The position numbers and the translations under genes are program-made. DNA of 64,000 nt from Geopsychrobacteraceae bacterium (lineage in GTDB: Bacteria > Desulfobacterota > Desulfuromonadia > Desulfuromonadales > Geopsychrobacteraceae), in contig CAXXTB010000002.1 of NCBI GenBank assembly GCA_963676795.2, forward strand, positions 1,056,001 to 1,120,000, written 5' to 3'. The notes below the pieces were generated by a model. It saw only the letters and a program-made list of their open reading frames with translations. It was not told where the DNA came from and searched no databases. Shown in pieces: positions 31,318-42,686 of the stretch (its first letter is position 1; each line of letters opens with the position of its first letter).

Positions 31318-32082
31318 ATGTCTGTCACTGTGATGCGCCTGGCGCTCTCTTTCCTTGCACTTCTGGTTTTGCTTGTTCTCTACGGCTGTGGCGGGCACAC
31401 CACCAGGGTTATCGATACCCCTGACACCCGCGAATTGAAGGGATGGCAGAAGCCTTACGAGGTTGACGGGCAGCGCTATGACCCGCTGCGCGACCACAGC
31501 GGCTTCAGCGAACGTGGTATCGCCAGCTGGTATGGACGCGACTTTCACGGCAAAAAAACCAGCAATGGCGAAATATACGATATGCATGCCATGACTGCAG
31601 CCCATAAGACCCTGCCCCTTGGTGTCTATGTCCGGGTCAAACGGCTCGATAACGGTCGGGAGATCGTCGTCCGGGTCAACGATCGGGGCCCTTTTGTCGC
31701 CGGCCGGATTATCGATCTTTCCTATGCGGCTGCGCAGAAGCTGGGTATTGCCGAGATCGGTACGACCCCTGTGCAGATCGTGGCCCTCGGCTATCGTGAG
31801 GGAGAGGGGGAGAACGTCACTTACGTCGCTCCACAAACCTACGATTCCGGAACCTTCGCCGTTCAGGTCGGAGCGTTTTCCAGTCAGGAAAACGCTGGCT
31901 TGCTGGCACAGCGTATGCGCCAGACCTATGGCAAAGCCGTTGTCACCAGTACCATGATGAACGGTCGGCTTCTCTATCGGGTGCGGGCCGGCATGTTTAC
32001 CTCTTTGGATCTGGCTGAAAAGGAAGCCGAAAAGCTGGCGGCATCCGGCTATGCCGGCAGTTTTGTTGTCGCCTTTGAATGA
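31318..32082 (+). CDS. rlpA: Septal ring lytic transglycosylase RlpA (lipoprotein with SPOR domain)
   Basis: Lipobox LYGC, GIASWYG, MTAAHKTLP, VRVNDRGPF, SPOR VQVGAF. Confidence 0.92.
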   Translation: MSVTVMRLALSFLALLVLLVLYGCGGHTTRVIDTPDTRELKGWQKPYEVDGQRYDPLRDHSGFSERGIASWYGRDFHGKKTSNGEIYDMHAMTAAHKTLPLGVYVRVKRLDNGREIVVRVNDRGPFVAGRIIDLSYAAAQKLGIAEIGTTPVQIVALGYREGEGENVTYVAPQTYDSGTFAVQVGAFSSQENAGLLAQRMRQTYGKAVVTSTMMNGRLLYRVRAGMFTSLDLAEKEAEKLAASGYAGSFVVAFE

Positions 32083-32321
32083 TTGTTCGCTGCTGCTGGT
32101 GTAGGATTTCGGTTAAATAGCGGTTTGTTTGTGAGAAATGCTTGCTTTTTTTGGGAACTCCGTGATAGCGTCCGAAATATCAGGGTAGTTTGTGTAGATT
32201 TGTACTGTAACAAAACAGAGAGAGCCGCACAGACCAGATTGTCTGCGCGGTTTTTTAGTATGAATGGGAATCCCTGAGATTAACAACTCCCATCTAGGGA
32301 CATTACTGAGGAGACAGTAAA

Positions 32322-32522
32322 ATGGCAGAAGGTACAGTAAAGTGGTTTAACGATTCGAAGGGTTTCGGTTTCATCGAGCAGGACAATGGTCCGGATGTCT
32401 TCGTTCACTTCTCTGCAATCACTTCAGAGGGTTTTAAATCACTGGCAGAAGGTTCTCGTGTAAGCTTTGATGTTGTTGATGGCCAGAAAGGCCCACAAGC
32501 CAGCAACGTCGTTAAGCTCTAA
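32322..32522 (+). CDS. Cold-shock protein
   Basis: [29 protein letters not shown]. Confidence 0.97.
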   Translation: MAEGTVKWFNDSKGFGFIEQDNGPDVFVHFSAITSEGFKSLAEGSRVSFDVVDGQKGPQASNVVKL

Positions 32523-32542
32523 TATATTATATTTGTAAGTTT

Positions 32543-32576
32543 AAAAGCCCCGCAGCTTTCCTGCGGGGCTTTTTTT
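32543..32576 (+). terminator. Intrinsic terminator after csp
   Basis: AAAAGCCCCGCAG...CTGCGGGGCTTTTTTT. Confidence 0.9.
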
Positions 32577-32618
32577 GTGTCATCATGTAAGCAGGTCGAT
32601 TTACCAAGGATAGGACTT

Positions 32619-33560
32619 ATGGAACTTTACCTGCGCTCCCGGATACTCGATGTTATCGAGACCCTCTCTTCTCAATATCTGCAAGGCAAGGTCCGGGTTA
32701 TCCGTCTGGGCCTCATCAACCTGCTGTCCGGCGGGCATCTGCTCATCGAGGACCTGCCCGGGCTGGGCAAGACCTCGCTGGCCCTGGCTTTGGCCGGGGT
32801 CCTCGACTTAAGTTTCGGTCGCGTTCAGTGTACCAGCGATCTGATGCCGTCCGATATTACCGGCTTGTCTGTCTTTGATCGTCATGCAAATTCCTTTCAC
32901 TTCGTCAAGGGGCCGATCTTTAACAACCTGATCCTGATCGATGAGGTCAATCGGGCCATGCCAAAAACCCAAAGCGCCATGCTCGAAGCGATGGAGGAGC
33001 AGCGGGTTACCGTCGAGGGGGTAACCTACCGGCTTCCCGATCCCTTTATGGTAATCGCGACCCAGAATCCTCTCGACCAGACCGGGACCTATCCATTGCC
33101 CGAGTCGCAAATTGATCGTTTCCTGGCGACCACAGGCGTCGGCTATCCCCCGGCGGCTCTTGAGAAAAAGATCCTTCGGCACGGCAGCGTCCGTGACGAG
33201 CTGGAGCAACTGCAGCCGCTGCTTGAGAAGGAGTCTCTGATTGAGGCCAGGCGTTTTGTCCAGCAGGAAATAAAGGTCAGTGACCGGGTTGTCGATTATG
33301 TTTACCAACTGCTCGAGCAAAGTCGCTGCAGTTTATTGCTGCAAAGCGGCATATCGACCCGCGGCGGACTCAATCTGATCTCGGCAGCAAAGGCCGAAGC
33401 CTACCTGGAAGGCCGGTCGTTCGTCGCCCCTGACGATGTGCAGAAGGTGGCTGTTGCTGTGACTGCGCACCGGATCGTCCTGCGACCGGAGCAGGAACAT
33501 CGTAGCAAAGCGGAGGTGATGACATCATTACTTGCGGAAATTCCCGTGCCTATCGCCTGA
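32619..33560 (+). CDS. MoxR-family AAA+ ATPase
   Basis: GHLLIEDLPGLGKT, RVQCTSDLMPSDITG, DEVNRAMPKTQSAMLEAMEE, ATQNP...GTYPLPESQIDRF. Confidence 0.93.
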   Translation: MELYLRSRILDVIETLSSQYLQGKVRVIRLGLINLLSGGHLLIEDLPGLGKTSLALALAGVLDLSFGRVQCTSDLMPSDITGLSVFDRHANSFHFVKGPIFNNLILIDEVNRAMPKTQSAMLEAMEEQRVTVEGVTYRLPDPFMVIATQNPLDQTGTYPLPESQIDRFLATTGVGYPPAALEKKILRHGSVRDELEQLQPLLEKESLIEARRFVQQEIKVSDRVVDYVYQLLEQSRCSLLLQSGISTRGGLNLISAAKAEAYLEGRSFVAPDDVQKVAVAVTAHRIVLRPEQEHRSKAEVMTSLLAEIPVPIA

Positions 33561-33562
33561 AG

Positions 33563-34420
33563 TTGACACGAGCCGGAGCCCTCTTTATCGTCCTGACCCT
33601 GTTGTTCGGTTTTGCAGCGGTCAACACCGGCAACAACCTGCTCTATCTGCTCGTCTCTGCCTTTCTCGGCTTTATGGCCGTTTCCGGGCTGCTCGGGCAT
33701 CTCAACCTGCAGCGGGTTGTGCTCAATGCCCGTCCCGGCCAGGAGGTCTATGCCGGCTTGCCGGCGACGCTGGATGTCTTTGTGGCCAATCGTCATCGTT
33801 GGTTGGCCCGCTTCATGCTGCGCGTCAGGGTTGCCGGTGAAAGTGCGCTTGTCCCTGTTCTGCCGGCTGCGGGACAACGCGTGGTTTCCCTGCCCATTCT
33901 TCTGCCCCTGCGGGGCTATCAAAAAATACCTGAGATCAGGCTTGAATCCTGTTTCCCGGTCAATTTTTTCATCCGTTCGCAGCGGATTCCCCAGGAGGAC
34001 GATTTTCTGGTTTTCCCCCGTCCTGTCCATGCGTCCCTGCCGGGCCGCGAGTCTGCCGGTAGCCCCCGTACCGATCAAATCACCGGGCGAAGCGGCAGCG
34101 ATGGGGATATTCTGGGGATAGATGATTACCGTTCTGGCGATCCGCTCCGAGCCGTTCACTGGAAGCTGTCCGCGCGGCAGGACAGTCTCAAGGTCAAAAA
34201 GCAGGCGCGCCTGACTGATGCCAGCGTTATCCTTGACCCCGATGATTTTTCCGGTTCTCTGGAAGAACGGCTCGGTTGTTGCGCGTACCTGATCAATCAC
34301 TACTGCCGATTGCAGCGGGCCGTCGGTCTGACCCTGCAGGGAAGAACCCTGGCACCGGCTGTCGGTGCTCGGCATAAACACCGCTTGCTCAGCGAATTGG
34401 CGCTTTATGATCAGGATTGA
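33563..34420 (+). CDS. DUF58 domain protein
   Basis: AAVNTGNNLLYLL, DYRSGDPLRAVHWKLSAR; follows MoxR. Confidence 0.88.
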   Translation: MTRAGALFIVLTLLFGFAAVNTGNNLLYLLVSAFLGFMAVSGLLGHLNLQRVVLNARPGQEVYAGLPATLDVFVANRHRWLARFMLRVRVAGESALVPVLPAAGQRVVSLPILLPLRGYQKIPEIRLESCFPVNFFIRSQRIPQEDDFLVFPRPVHASLPGRESAGSPRTDQITGRSGSDGDILGIDDYRSGDPLRAVHWKLSARQDSLKVKKQARLTDASVILDPDDFSGSLEERLGCCAYLINHYCRLQRAVGLTLQGRTLAPAVGARHKHRLLSELALYDQD

Positions 34421-36329
34421 CAGTCTCATACTCTGGCTGCTTTACCTGGCCGTGATCGTCGGGCTGGTTCCGGTTTTTGGCGCCTTGACTCTCTGGCTGC
34501 AGATTCTTCTCGGCTGTTCCGTTGTTGTTGCGTTTTTAACTGATCGGCACAAGCGGGTTGTACTGAATAACCTGCTCGGTGCCGGAGTGGCGCTGGTTGG
34601 GCTGGTGTTTTACCTTCCGCAACTGAGTCGCGTCAATGTTGCCTTGCCGCTGATCCACATCCTCTGCCTGCTGCTGGTGGTCAGGCTTCTGGGCAGAAAG
34701 ACTGCCCGTAATATCCTGCAGACCTTTCTGTTGGCCGTCGCCGTGCTTGCCGCTTCATCACTGCTTGAGTTGAGCATGGTCTATCTCTTCTGTCTAATCG
34801 TTCTTGTCCTGCTGTTATCCACTGGTCTTATCCTGCTCAGTTTTATCGATTCGCAGCATGAGGTCAGGCTCACAGCTGATGAACTTAAAAGCCTGTTGCG
34901 GCCGATTCTGCTGCTTCCCGTGGCATCGCTGGTTCTGATGGCGATGCTGTTCATCATTCTGCCGCGCACCCAGACTCCGTTCTGGAATTTTCTGAATCCG
35001 TCGCCCAGGGCGACAGTATCTATGAGCGACCAAGTCAGCCCAGGGGATTATGCCGAGCTCTCGCTGAGTGGTGAGGTGGCTTTTCGCGTTGAGACGGAAC
35101 GGTTGCCAGCCGGACAGGAGTACTGGCGCGGATTGGTTCTCAACCAGATCGATGCGCAGGGGAGACGCTGGTCGCGCCAGGAGCTTGATGTAAATGAGCG
35201 CAGCAGCTTGCAGGGGCAATCCGTCAGTTTGACCGTCTTGGCCGAGACCAAGGCCGATCGTTATCTGGTCACCCTGGACCGGACTGCCGGGCTGTCGGGT
35301 ATCCGTCATCGCCAGGCGGCAGACGGTACGATGACGGCATCACGTGGCGAGCAGGGGCGGCAGCGCTACCAGCTCACATCCTATCCGGATGCCTTGTATG
35401 AGCTGATCGGTAAGGCGGATACCTACCGGCAGCTGCCCGAGAGTTCGTTGCCGCGGCTTGAAGCGGTGGCTCGCCAGATTGTTTCAGGGGGAACGACGAT
35501 GAAGGACAGAGTCGCCGCACTCGACCGATTTTTCCTCAACCAGCAGCTTGTCTATTCAACGCAGCAGCTTGAGCAGACCGATGCGCCGATCGAGACCTTT
35601 CTGTTCGAGACGAAACGCGGCTACTGTGAATATTTCGCCTCTTCCTACGCACTGCTGTTGAGGATGAGCGGTGTTCCTGCCCGGCTGGTCGGCGGCTATC
35701 TTGGCGGCGTCTATAATTCGCTTGGCGGGTACTATCTGGTGGGTGAAGATAGTGCCCACGTCTGGGTTGAGGCGCTGAATGATGAGCGTGTCTGGCTGCG
35801 GATTGATCCGAGCCGCTTGGCGGTGAATGCTGAAAGCGCAATCACAGCCGGCCGCAGTCGTAATATCCCGGGGTTGCAGGCCCTGTCCGACTATCTTTAC
35901 TATCTCTGGACACGGGCCATTCTGAATTACGATTTTGCCAGGCAGTTTAATCTGTTCAGGAGTGCCAGCACAAAACTGAAAGGGGTTGTCGGCCTTAAGC
36001 CGTTGGCTGGAAAGAATCTGCTCTGGGGAGGTCTCGTGCTGTTCCCCGTCCTTGTCTGGCTGCTCTATCGTCGTCTGCAGCTCTCTTCATTGATCCGCGC
36101 CTATCGCAAGCGAATCGCCCGTTGCTGCGGAGTCAAATCTCTGCCGGAGTCATTGGGGCTTTACCGAATAGCTGAGCGGAGCGGTGATCCCCTCTGTCGC
36201 GATTTTGCGGAGAGCTGCGGAGCGGCCCTTTATGGGGGTAAGAAGTTGGGCTGGGAGGAGAGAAGACGACTGCGAAAGCTCATTTCTGCCTTGCACAAGC
36301 AGCGTTTTGATTCTTCGCTGGCGCAGTAG
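34407..36329 (+). CDS. Membrane transglutaminase-like protein (TgpA; DUF3488 + transglutaminase core)
   Basis: N-terminal TMs, FIILPR, VAFRV...YWRG, FLFETKRGYCEYFASS, VPARLVGGYLGG, AHVWVE...W.RIDP. Confidence 0.9.
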   Translation: MIRIDSLILWLLYLAVIVGLVPVFGALTLWLQILLGCSVVVAFLTDRHKRVVLNNLLGAGVALVGLVFYLPQLSRVNVALPLIHILCLLLVVRLLGRKTARNILQTFLLAVAVLAASSLLELSMVYLFCLIVLVLLLSTGLILLSFIDSQHEVRLTADELKSLLRPILLLPVASLVLMAMLFIILPRTQTPFWNFLNPSPRATVSMSDQVSPGDYAELSLSGEVAFRVETERLPAGQEYWRGLVLNQIDAQGRRWSRQELDVNERSSLQGQSVSLTVLAETKADRYLVTLDRTAGLSGIRHRQAADGTMTASRGEQGRQRYQLTSYPDALYELIGKADTYRQLPESSLPRLEAVARQIVSGGTTMKDRVAALDRFFLNQQLVYSTQQLEQTDAPIETFLFETKRGYCEYFASSYALLLRMSGVPARLVGGYLGGVYNSLGGYYLVGEDSAHVWVEALNDERVWLRIDPSRLAVNAESAITAGRSRNIPGLQALSDYLYYLWTRAILNYDFARQFNLFRSASTKLKGVVGLKPLAGKNLLWGGLVLFPVLVWLLYRRLQLSSLIRAYRKRIARCCGVKSLPESLGLYRIAERSGDPLCRDFAESCGAALYGGKKLGWEERRRLRKLISALHKQRFDSSLAQ

Positions 36330-36344
36330 CAGAGCAGAATGCTA

Positions 36345-36385
36345 TAAACAGCCGGGTCTCGACTGTAGCGAGCCCCGGCTGTTTA
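36345..36385. terminator. Hairpin between convergent tgpA-like gene and tgt
   Basis: TAAACAGCCGGG...CCCGGCTGTTTA. Confidence 0.7.
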
Positions 36386-36387
36386 GA

Positions 36388-37512
36388 TCAGGATTTTCTC
36401 CCTTTGGGCTTTTCGAGATATTCTTCCAGGAACTGGGTCTTGAACGCCATGTAGTCGTTATTTTCGATCGCTTTGCGGGCATCGGCGACCATGTTCAGGT
36501 AGAACCTGACGTTGTGAATGGCGGCCAGGGTCGCCGAGAGGATCTCGTTGGCATTGAACAGATGGTGCAGGTAGGCCCTGGTGAAATTCCGGCAGCAGTA
36601 ACAATCGCAGGACGCATCGACCGGGAAAAAGTCGCGGCGGAAATTGCGGTTGGTCAGGCGGATCTTGCCGCGCCGGGTGAAGAGCGTCGCACTGCGGGCA
36701 TAGCGGGTCGGAATGACGCAGTCGAACATGTCCATGCCGCGTTCGATCGATTCTAGAATATCCTCAGGCAGACCGACTCCCATCAGGTAGCGCGGCTTGT
36801 TCTTCGGCATGAAAGGCTCGGTATAGTCGACGACCTTTTTGAGCAGTTCGAGTCCCTCGCCGACGCTGACCCCGCCGATAGCATAGCCGGGAAAGTCCAT
36901 GGCGGTCAGTTCCTTGGCACATTCGCGGCGCAGGTCGTCATAGACGCTGCCCTGAATGATGCCGAACAGGGCCTGATCCTCGCGGCCGTGATGCTTCAGG
37001 CAGCTCTCCGCCCAGCGCAGGGTTTTCTTGATCGATTTTGCCGCATAGTCGTGGCTCGCCGGGTAGGGGATGCACTCGTCGAAGGCCATGATGATATCGG
37101 CGCCGAGATCGTTTTCGATCTGCATCGCTTCTTTGGGCCCAAGGAAGATCTCTTCTCCGGTCACCTCGTGACGGAAGTGAACTCCGTCTTCACCGATCCG
37201 CTTCTTTGGCAGGGAAAAAACCTGGAAGCCGCCACTGTCGGTCAGGATCGGTCTGTTCCAGTTCATGAACTTGTGCAGTCCGCCGGCCTTTTTGACCAGG
37301 GCTTCCCCCGGCTTGAGGTGCAGATGGTAGGTGTTGGAAAGGATGATCTGAGCTTCGGCTTCCTCAACCTGGGCCGGGGTCATGGCTTTGAGCGCACCAT
37401 GGGTGCCGACCGGCATGAAAATCGGGGTTTCGATCGTCCCGTGCGGGGTTTCCAGACGACCACGTCGGGCGCGGCTGCCGGAATCTTCTTTTAAAAGCGT
37501 AAATTGAAACAT
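36388..37512 (-). CDS. tgt: tRNA-guanine transglycosylase
   Basis: TPIFMPVGT, ILTDSGGFQVFSL, DIIMAFDEC, PRYLMGVG, DMFDCVIPTR, CDCYCC...YLHHL zinc site. Confidence 0.97.
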   Translation of the reverse strand: MFQFTLLKEDSGSRARRGRLETPHGTIETPIFMPVGTHGALKAMTPAQVEEAEAQIILSNTYHLHLKPGEALVKKAGGLHKFMNWNRPILTDSGGFQVFSLPKKRIGEDGVHFRHEVTGEEIFLGPKEAMQIENDLGADIIMAFDECIPYPASHDYAAKSIKKTLRWAESCLKHHGREDQALFGIIQGSVYDDLRRECAKELTAMDFPGYAIGGVSVGEGLELLKKVVDYTEPFMPKNKPRYLMGVGLPEDILESIERGMDMFDCVIPTRYARSATLFTRRGKIRLTNRNFRRDFFPVDASCDCYCCRNFTRAYLHHLFNANEILSATLAAIHNVRFYLNMVADARKAIENNDYMAFKTQFLEEYLEKPKGRKS

Positions 37513-37592
37513 GCGCTGGAACTCCATTGTCTGATATAAACACTGACGTATAACAGATATCATATCACTGGTGCAATCGAATCGGAGGAATA

Positions 37593-38543
37593 ATGATCTA
37601 TCAGGCGCCATACCCTTCGGAATTGGCGGGGCTGGAATATGTCAGATTATACCTTTATCTGCGCATGGAGGAGGATGTTTATCTGCCTCCGGGAACCATG
37701 CTTCAGCTGCGGCGGGAATTACTTTCCGCTCTGAAGCTTTTGGAGCGGGAGCGTGAGCCTGAAGATCTGGCTACGTTGCGCCAGATCCTGGCACCAGCTC
37801 CCCCGCAGGACAGCGAACTGTGTCGCCGGGTTCAGCGTCCGTCCGCCTCGCTGGTTCTGTCTCCTGAGCTTGGCCTCGAAGAGCTGAGGGTTGGTGCCGA
37901 ACTCTGCCTGCCGGTTCTGTTGCTGGGCAGGTGCATCACCTGTCTCCCTCAGATTCTTGACCTGGTCGAGGCTGTAGGGACGATTGGTCTTCACAAGGGA
38001 AGAGGACGTTTCAGTCTGAATATTGTCGAAGCGGAAGATCCGAGCGGGGTCCGGTCCTTTCTCTGGCAGAACGGGGCGCCACGCCCCGAACTGACACCGC
38101 CGGTCAGCGACCTTGGCTGGTGGCTCGATGGCCAGGGCTTGGCGGCAGAAACCCTGACGCTGGAGTTTCTGACTCCGGCTCGGCTGATACGTGACCAGCG
38201 GCCGCTGTTCAAAGCGAATTTTTCAGAGCTCTTCCCTTTCATCCTGCGCCGGGTCAGCCAGGTTCTCGGTCAGCATCTGGAGACGGTTTCCATAGATACC
38301 CCTGACTATCTGATCCGTCAGGCGGCAACTCTGGCGGTTGCAGATTCTTCCCTTAATTGGTTCGACTGGAGGAGTCTGGAGCGTGACCAGGGAAAACAGA
38401 GCCTGGGCGGTTTGCTCGGGACAATCTGCGTCGCAGGGGATGCGTTGGGAGAGCTGTTCTGGATTCTCAAGCTGGGTGAACTGTTGCAGATCGGCAAGGG
38501 GGCGGCCTTCGGGGCCGGGCGCTATCGGCTGATCAAGGCTTGA
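37593..38543 (+). CDS. cas6: Stand-alone Cas6-like RAMP protein (DUF2276/CRISPR_Cas6 type)
   Basis: C-terminal G-rich loop GELLQIGKGAAFGAGRY, LEFLTPARL, WFDWRS, LGGLLG, mid-protein GLHKGRGRF; GGAGG RBS; 316 aa. Confidence 0.8.
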   Translation: MIYQAPYPSELAGLEYVRLYLYLRMEEDVYLPPGTMLQLRRELLSALKLLEREREPEDLATLRQILAPAPPQDSELCRRVQRPSASLVLSPELGLEELRVGAELCLPVLLLGRCITCLPQILDLVEAVGTIGLHKGRGRFSLNIVEAEDPSGVRSFLWQNGAPRPELTPPVSDLGWWLDGQGLAAETLTLEFLTPARLIRDQRPLFKANFSELFPFILRRVSQVLGQHLETVSIDTPDYLIRQAATLAVADSSLNWFDWRSLERDQGKQSLGGLLGTICVAGDALGELFWILKLGELLQIGKGAAFGAGRYRLIKA

Positions 38544-38658
38544 AACCATGAGCAACAGCGGCTATTATCAAAATAGTTCTTTTGGATCGGCAGGTTATCT
38601 TTTTGGGGGCACGGACTTAGGCGGGTTTTGCTGACTCATCTCGATCGGAGGAGTGCAG

Positions 38659-39039
38659 ATGTTCTGGTTCATTCTTTTGCTGTTGGTTATCGGCGCCGGA
38701 TTCTACTTCTACAGCAGCATGAAAGAGGTGGATGACGAAATCAAAGAGTCACGGATACTCTTCCCACCCGGGAAGGTCGAGCCTGGGCCGTCCGTTGTTT
38801 CTGAGGCGGTGGTGGCCGCTGAACCCGCTGCGGTGGTCAATGACGGGCCACCGGCAGGATCGCTTGAGGCCGAGGTTTTGCGCCTGGTCGCCGCGACCCC
38901 CGGAATGAAGCAGACCGATCTTTATCCGCATCTGGCCGATGTGAATAAAAAGTCGATTCAGCAGATGGTCAGGGTGCTGGCGGATGACGGCCGTATCCGC
39001 CGCGAGAAAAGCGGCAGCAGTTACCTGCTCTATCCGTAA
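38659..39039 (+). CDS. Membrane-anchored protein with a C-terminal winged-helix domain, hypothetical
   Basis: N-terminal TM (FWFILLLLVIGAGFYFY), Pro/Ala linker, EVLRLVAATPGMKQTDLY...IQQMVRVLADDGRIRREKSG; GGAGGAG RBS. Confidence 0.75.
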   Translation: MFWFILLLLVIGAGFYFYSSMKEVDDEIKESRILFPPGKVEPGPSVVSEAVVAAEPAAVVNDGPPAGSLEAEVLRLVAATPGMKQTDLYPHLADVNKKSIQQMVRVLADDGRIRREKSGSSYLLYP

Positions 39040-39079
39040 ATGAAAAAAGGGGCTGATTTCAGCCCCTTTTTTCATTTAC
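39036..39079. terminator. Bidirectional intrinsic terminator
   Basis: GTAAATGAAAAAAGGGGCTGA / TCAGCCCCTTTTTTCATTTAC perfect inverted repeat. Confidence 0.92.
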
Positions 39080-39091
39080 TTGCCTACCTAC

Positions 39092-40393
<1,302 letters not shown>

Positions 40394-40687
40394 TCACAAT
40401 CAGGTCGAAAGGTTTATGGTGCGGATGAAATAACAAATCCTGTTTTAAAAGGCGCGACATTTATAACATATACCATAAGAAATTGTAGTCGTTTTTTGTT
40501 CCGTCCGGAAAAGGGATATTCGTCGTTCTGCGGGTCGGTTTTCCGCTGCTGTTTTTGTTTCAGAGCTGAAGATCGCTGTCCGTGGCGAGGTCCGGACCTG
40601 GTCCCGCTGACGGGATAAAAACTTGACCCCCCTTATGATTTAAAAGTAAACTCGGCGACTTATTCCACTGCAAGGAGATTTAAGAAT

Positions 40688-42520
40688 ATGGCAAGGACAC
40701 TCAGAAGCGCAACCAGCAGGCACGGCAGGCTTATGGCCGGTGCCCGATCCCTATGGAAGGCCAACGGTATGACAGAAGGGCAGATGGACAAGCCCGTTAT
40801 TGCCATTGCCAATTCCTTTACCCAATTTGTACCCGGTCACGTTCACCTGCACAACGTGGGGCAGCGCATCAAGAAGCGCATCGAGGAAGCGGGTTGTTTT
40901 GCTGCCGAGTTCGATACCATTGCCATCGATGACGGCATTGCCATGGGCCATGGCGGGATGCTCTATTCCCTCCCTTCCCGCGAGATCATCGCCGACAGCG
41001 TTGAGTATATGGTCAACGCTCACTGTGCTGATGCGCTGGTCTGCATCTCGAACTGCGACAAGATCACCCCGGGCATGCTGATGGCGGCCATGCGTATCAA
41101 TATTCCGGTGGTTTTTGTCTCCGGCGGTCCGATGGAAGCCGGCAAGGTTGACGACAAGAGCCTCGACCTGATCGATGCCATGATCATGGCCGGTGATGAG
41201 TCGGTTTCAGATGATGAGCTTTCCCGCGTTGAAAACTCTGCCTGTCCGACCTGCGGCTCCTGTAGCGGCATGTTTACCGCCAACTCGATGAACTGTCTGG
41301 TTGAGGCCCTCGGTCTTGGCCTGCCTGGTAACGGGACCACCCTGGCGACCCACAGCGAGCGGGCCGGTCTGTTTGACCGCGCTGCTGATCTGATCGTTGA
41401 ACTGGCCGATCGCTACTACATGCAGGAGGACGATTCCGTTCTGCCGCGTGCGATTGCCACCAAGAAGGCCTTTGAAAACGCCATGGCTTTGGATATCGCC
41501 ATGGGCGGTTCGACTAATACCATCCTGCATATCCTGGCTGTCGCCCAGTCGGGCGATGTCGATTTTACCCTGAACGATATCGATCGCCTCAGCCGTGTGG
41601 TTCCCTGTCTCTGTAAGGTTGCGCCGAATTCACAGAAATACCATATCGAAGACGTCCATCGCGCCGGCGGTATCTTTGGTATCCTGGGTGAGCTCGACCG
41701 CGCCGGTCTGATCGATTCCTCTGCTGGCCGGATCGATGCTCCGACCCTGTCCGACGCTCTCGATCAGTGGGATATCGCCCGCCAGAGCGCGACCGAAAGA
41801 GCCAACGAGTTCTACCGTGCGGCCCCGGGTGGTGGGCGCAACCTGGAGATGGGCAGCCAGTCCAACCGCTACAAAGAGGTTGATGTCGATCGTGACAACG
41901 GTTGTATCCGCAGCCTGGCCAATGCCTATACCGTTGACGGCGGACTCGCTGTTCTGTTCGGTAATATTGCTGAAGCCGGTGCCGTGGTTAAAACCGCTGG
42001 CGTCGACGAATCGATCTTTACCTTCTCAGGGACCGCCAAGGTTTTTGATTCTCAGGACGACGCCGTCGAGGGGATACTGGGCGGCAAGATTGTTGCCGGT
42101 GATGTTGTCATTATCCGTTATGAAGGTCCAAAGGGCGGTCCTGGTATGCAGGAAATGCTCTATCCGACCAGCTATCTGAAGTCGATGAAACTGGGTAAGG
42201 CCTGTGCTCTCTTGACTGACGGTCGTTTCTCCGGTGGTACCTCCGGCCTGTCGATCGGTCACGCATCCCCTGAGGCGGCCTCTGGCGGTGCTATCGGCCT
42301 GGTTCGCGAGGGAGATATCATCGATATCAATATCCCGGAGCGCACGCTGAATCTGCGTGTTGATGAAAAGGAGCTGGCCCAGCGTCGTGCTGAAGAGGAT
42401 GCCAAAGGACGTGACAGCTGGAAGCCGCAGCGTGAGCGTGAAGTCAGTCCGGCCCTGAAAGCCTATGCTCACCTTGCCTCCAGTGCAGACAAGGGCGCTG
42501 TCAGGGTTCTTCCTGACTAG
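40688..42520 (+). CDS. ilvD: Dihydroxy-acid dehydratase
   Basis: [78 protein letters not shown]. Confidence 0.97.
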   Translation: MARTLRSATSRHGRLMAGARSLWKANGMTEGQMDKPVIAIANSFTQFVPGHVHLHNVGQRIKKRIEEAGCFAAEFDTIAIDDGIAMGHGGMLYSLPSREIIADSVEYMVNAHCADALVCISNCDKITPGMLMAAMRINIPVVFVSGGPMEAGKVDDKSLDLIDAMIMAGDESVSDDELSRVENSACPTCGSCSGMFTANSMNCLVEALGLGLPGNGTTLATHSERAGLFDRAADLIVELADRYYMQEDDSVLPRAIATKKAFENAMALDIAMGGSTNTILHILAVAQSGDVDFTLNDIDRLSRVVPCLCKVAPNSQKYHIEDVHRAGGIFGILGELDRAGLIDSSAGRIDAPTLSDALDQWDIARQSATERANEFYRAAPGGGRNLEMGSQSNRYKEVDVDRDNGCIRSLANAYTVDGGLAVLFGNIAEAGAVVKTAGVDESIFTFSGTAKVFDSQDDAVEGILGGKIVAGDVVIIRYEGPKGGPGMQEMLYPTSYLKSMKLGKACALLTDGRFSGGTSGLSIGHASPEAASGGAIGLVREGDIIDINIPERTLNLRVDEKELAQRRAEEDAKGRDSWKPQREREVSPALKAYAHLASSADKGAVRVLPD

Positions 42521-42686
42521 GTTGTGAATGAATCAGGGCGCTGGATAGTTTGTTTGTCCAGCTCTTATTCGCTATGCCAGCTGTTTCGTGCTGGCCTTGG
42601 TCGTTATATCTTTGTACCTGTACAACCGTTGCTAGGCTTTTGCGGTTGAAGTTTTGACTGTCAAAACAACAAGGAGAATATAGAAC

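Noticed and set aside
37480..38550. ATTGAAAC (37503-37510) and CTTGAAAC around the cas6 stop resemble CRISPR repeat 3' handles
   Set aside because: The first is the reverse complement of the tgt start region (ATG TTT CAA TTT) and the second contains the cas6 stop. Flanks are dissimilar and there is no repeat-spacer periodicity, so no array is called.
42521..42686. Possible SAH or SAM riboswitch upstream of ahcY
   Set aside because: Only two generic hairpins; the SAH consensus (GAGGAGCG...AGGCUC...CGCUC) and SAM motifs are not visible
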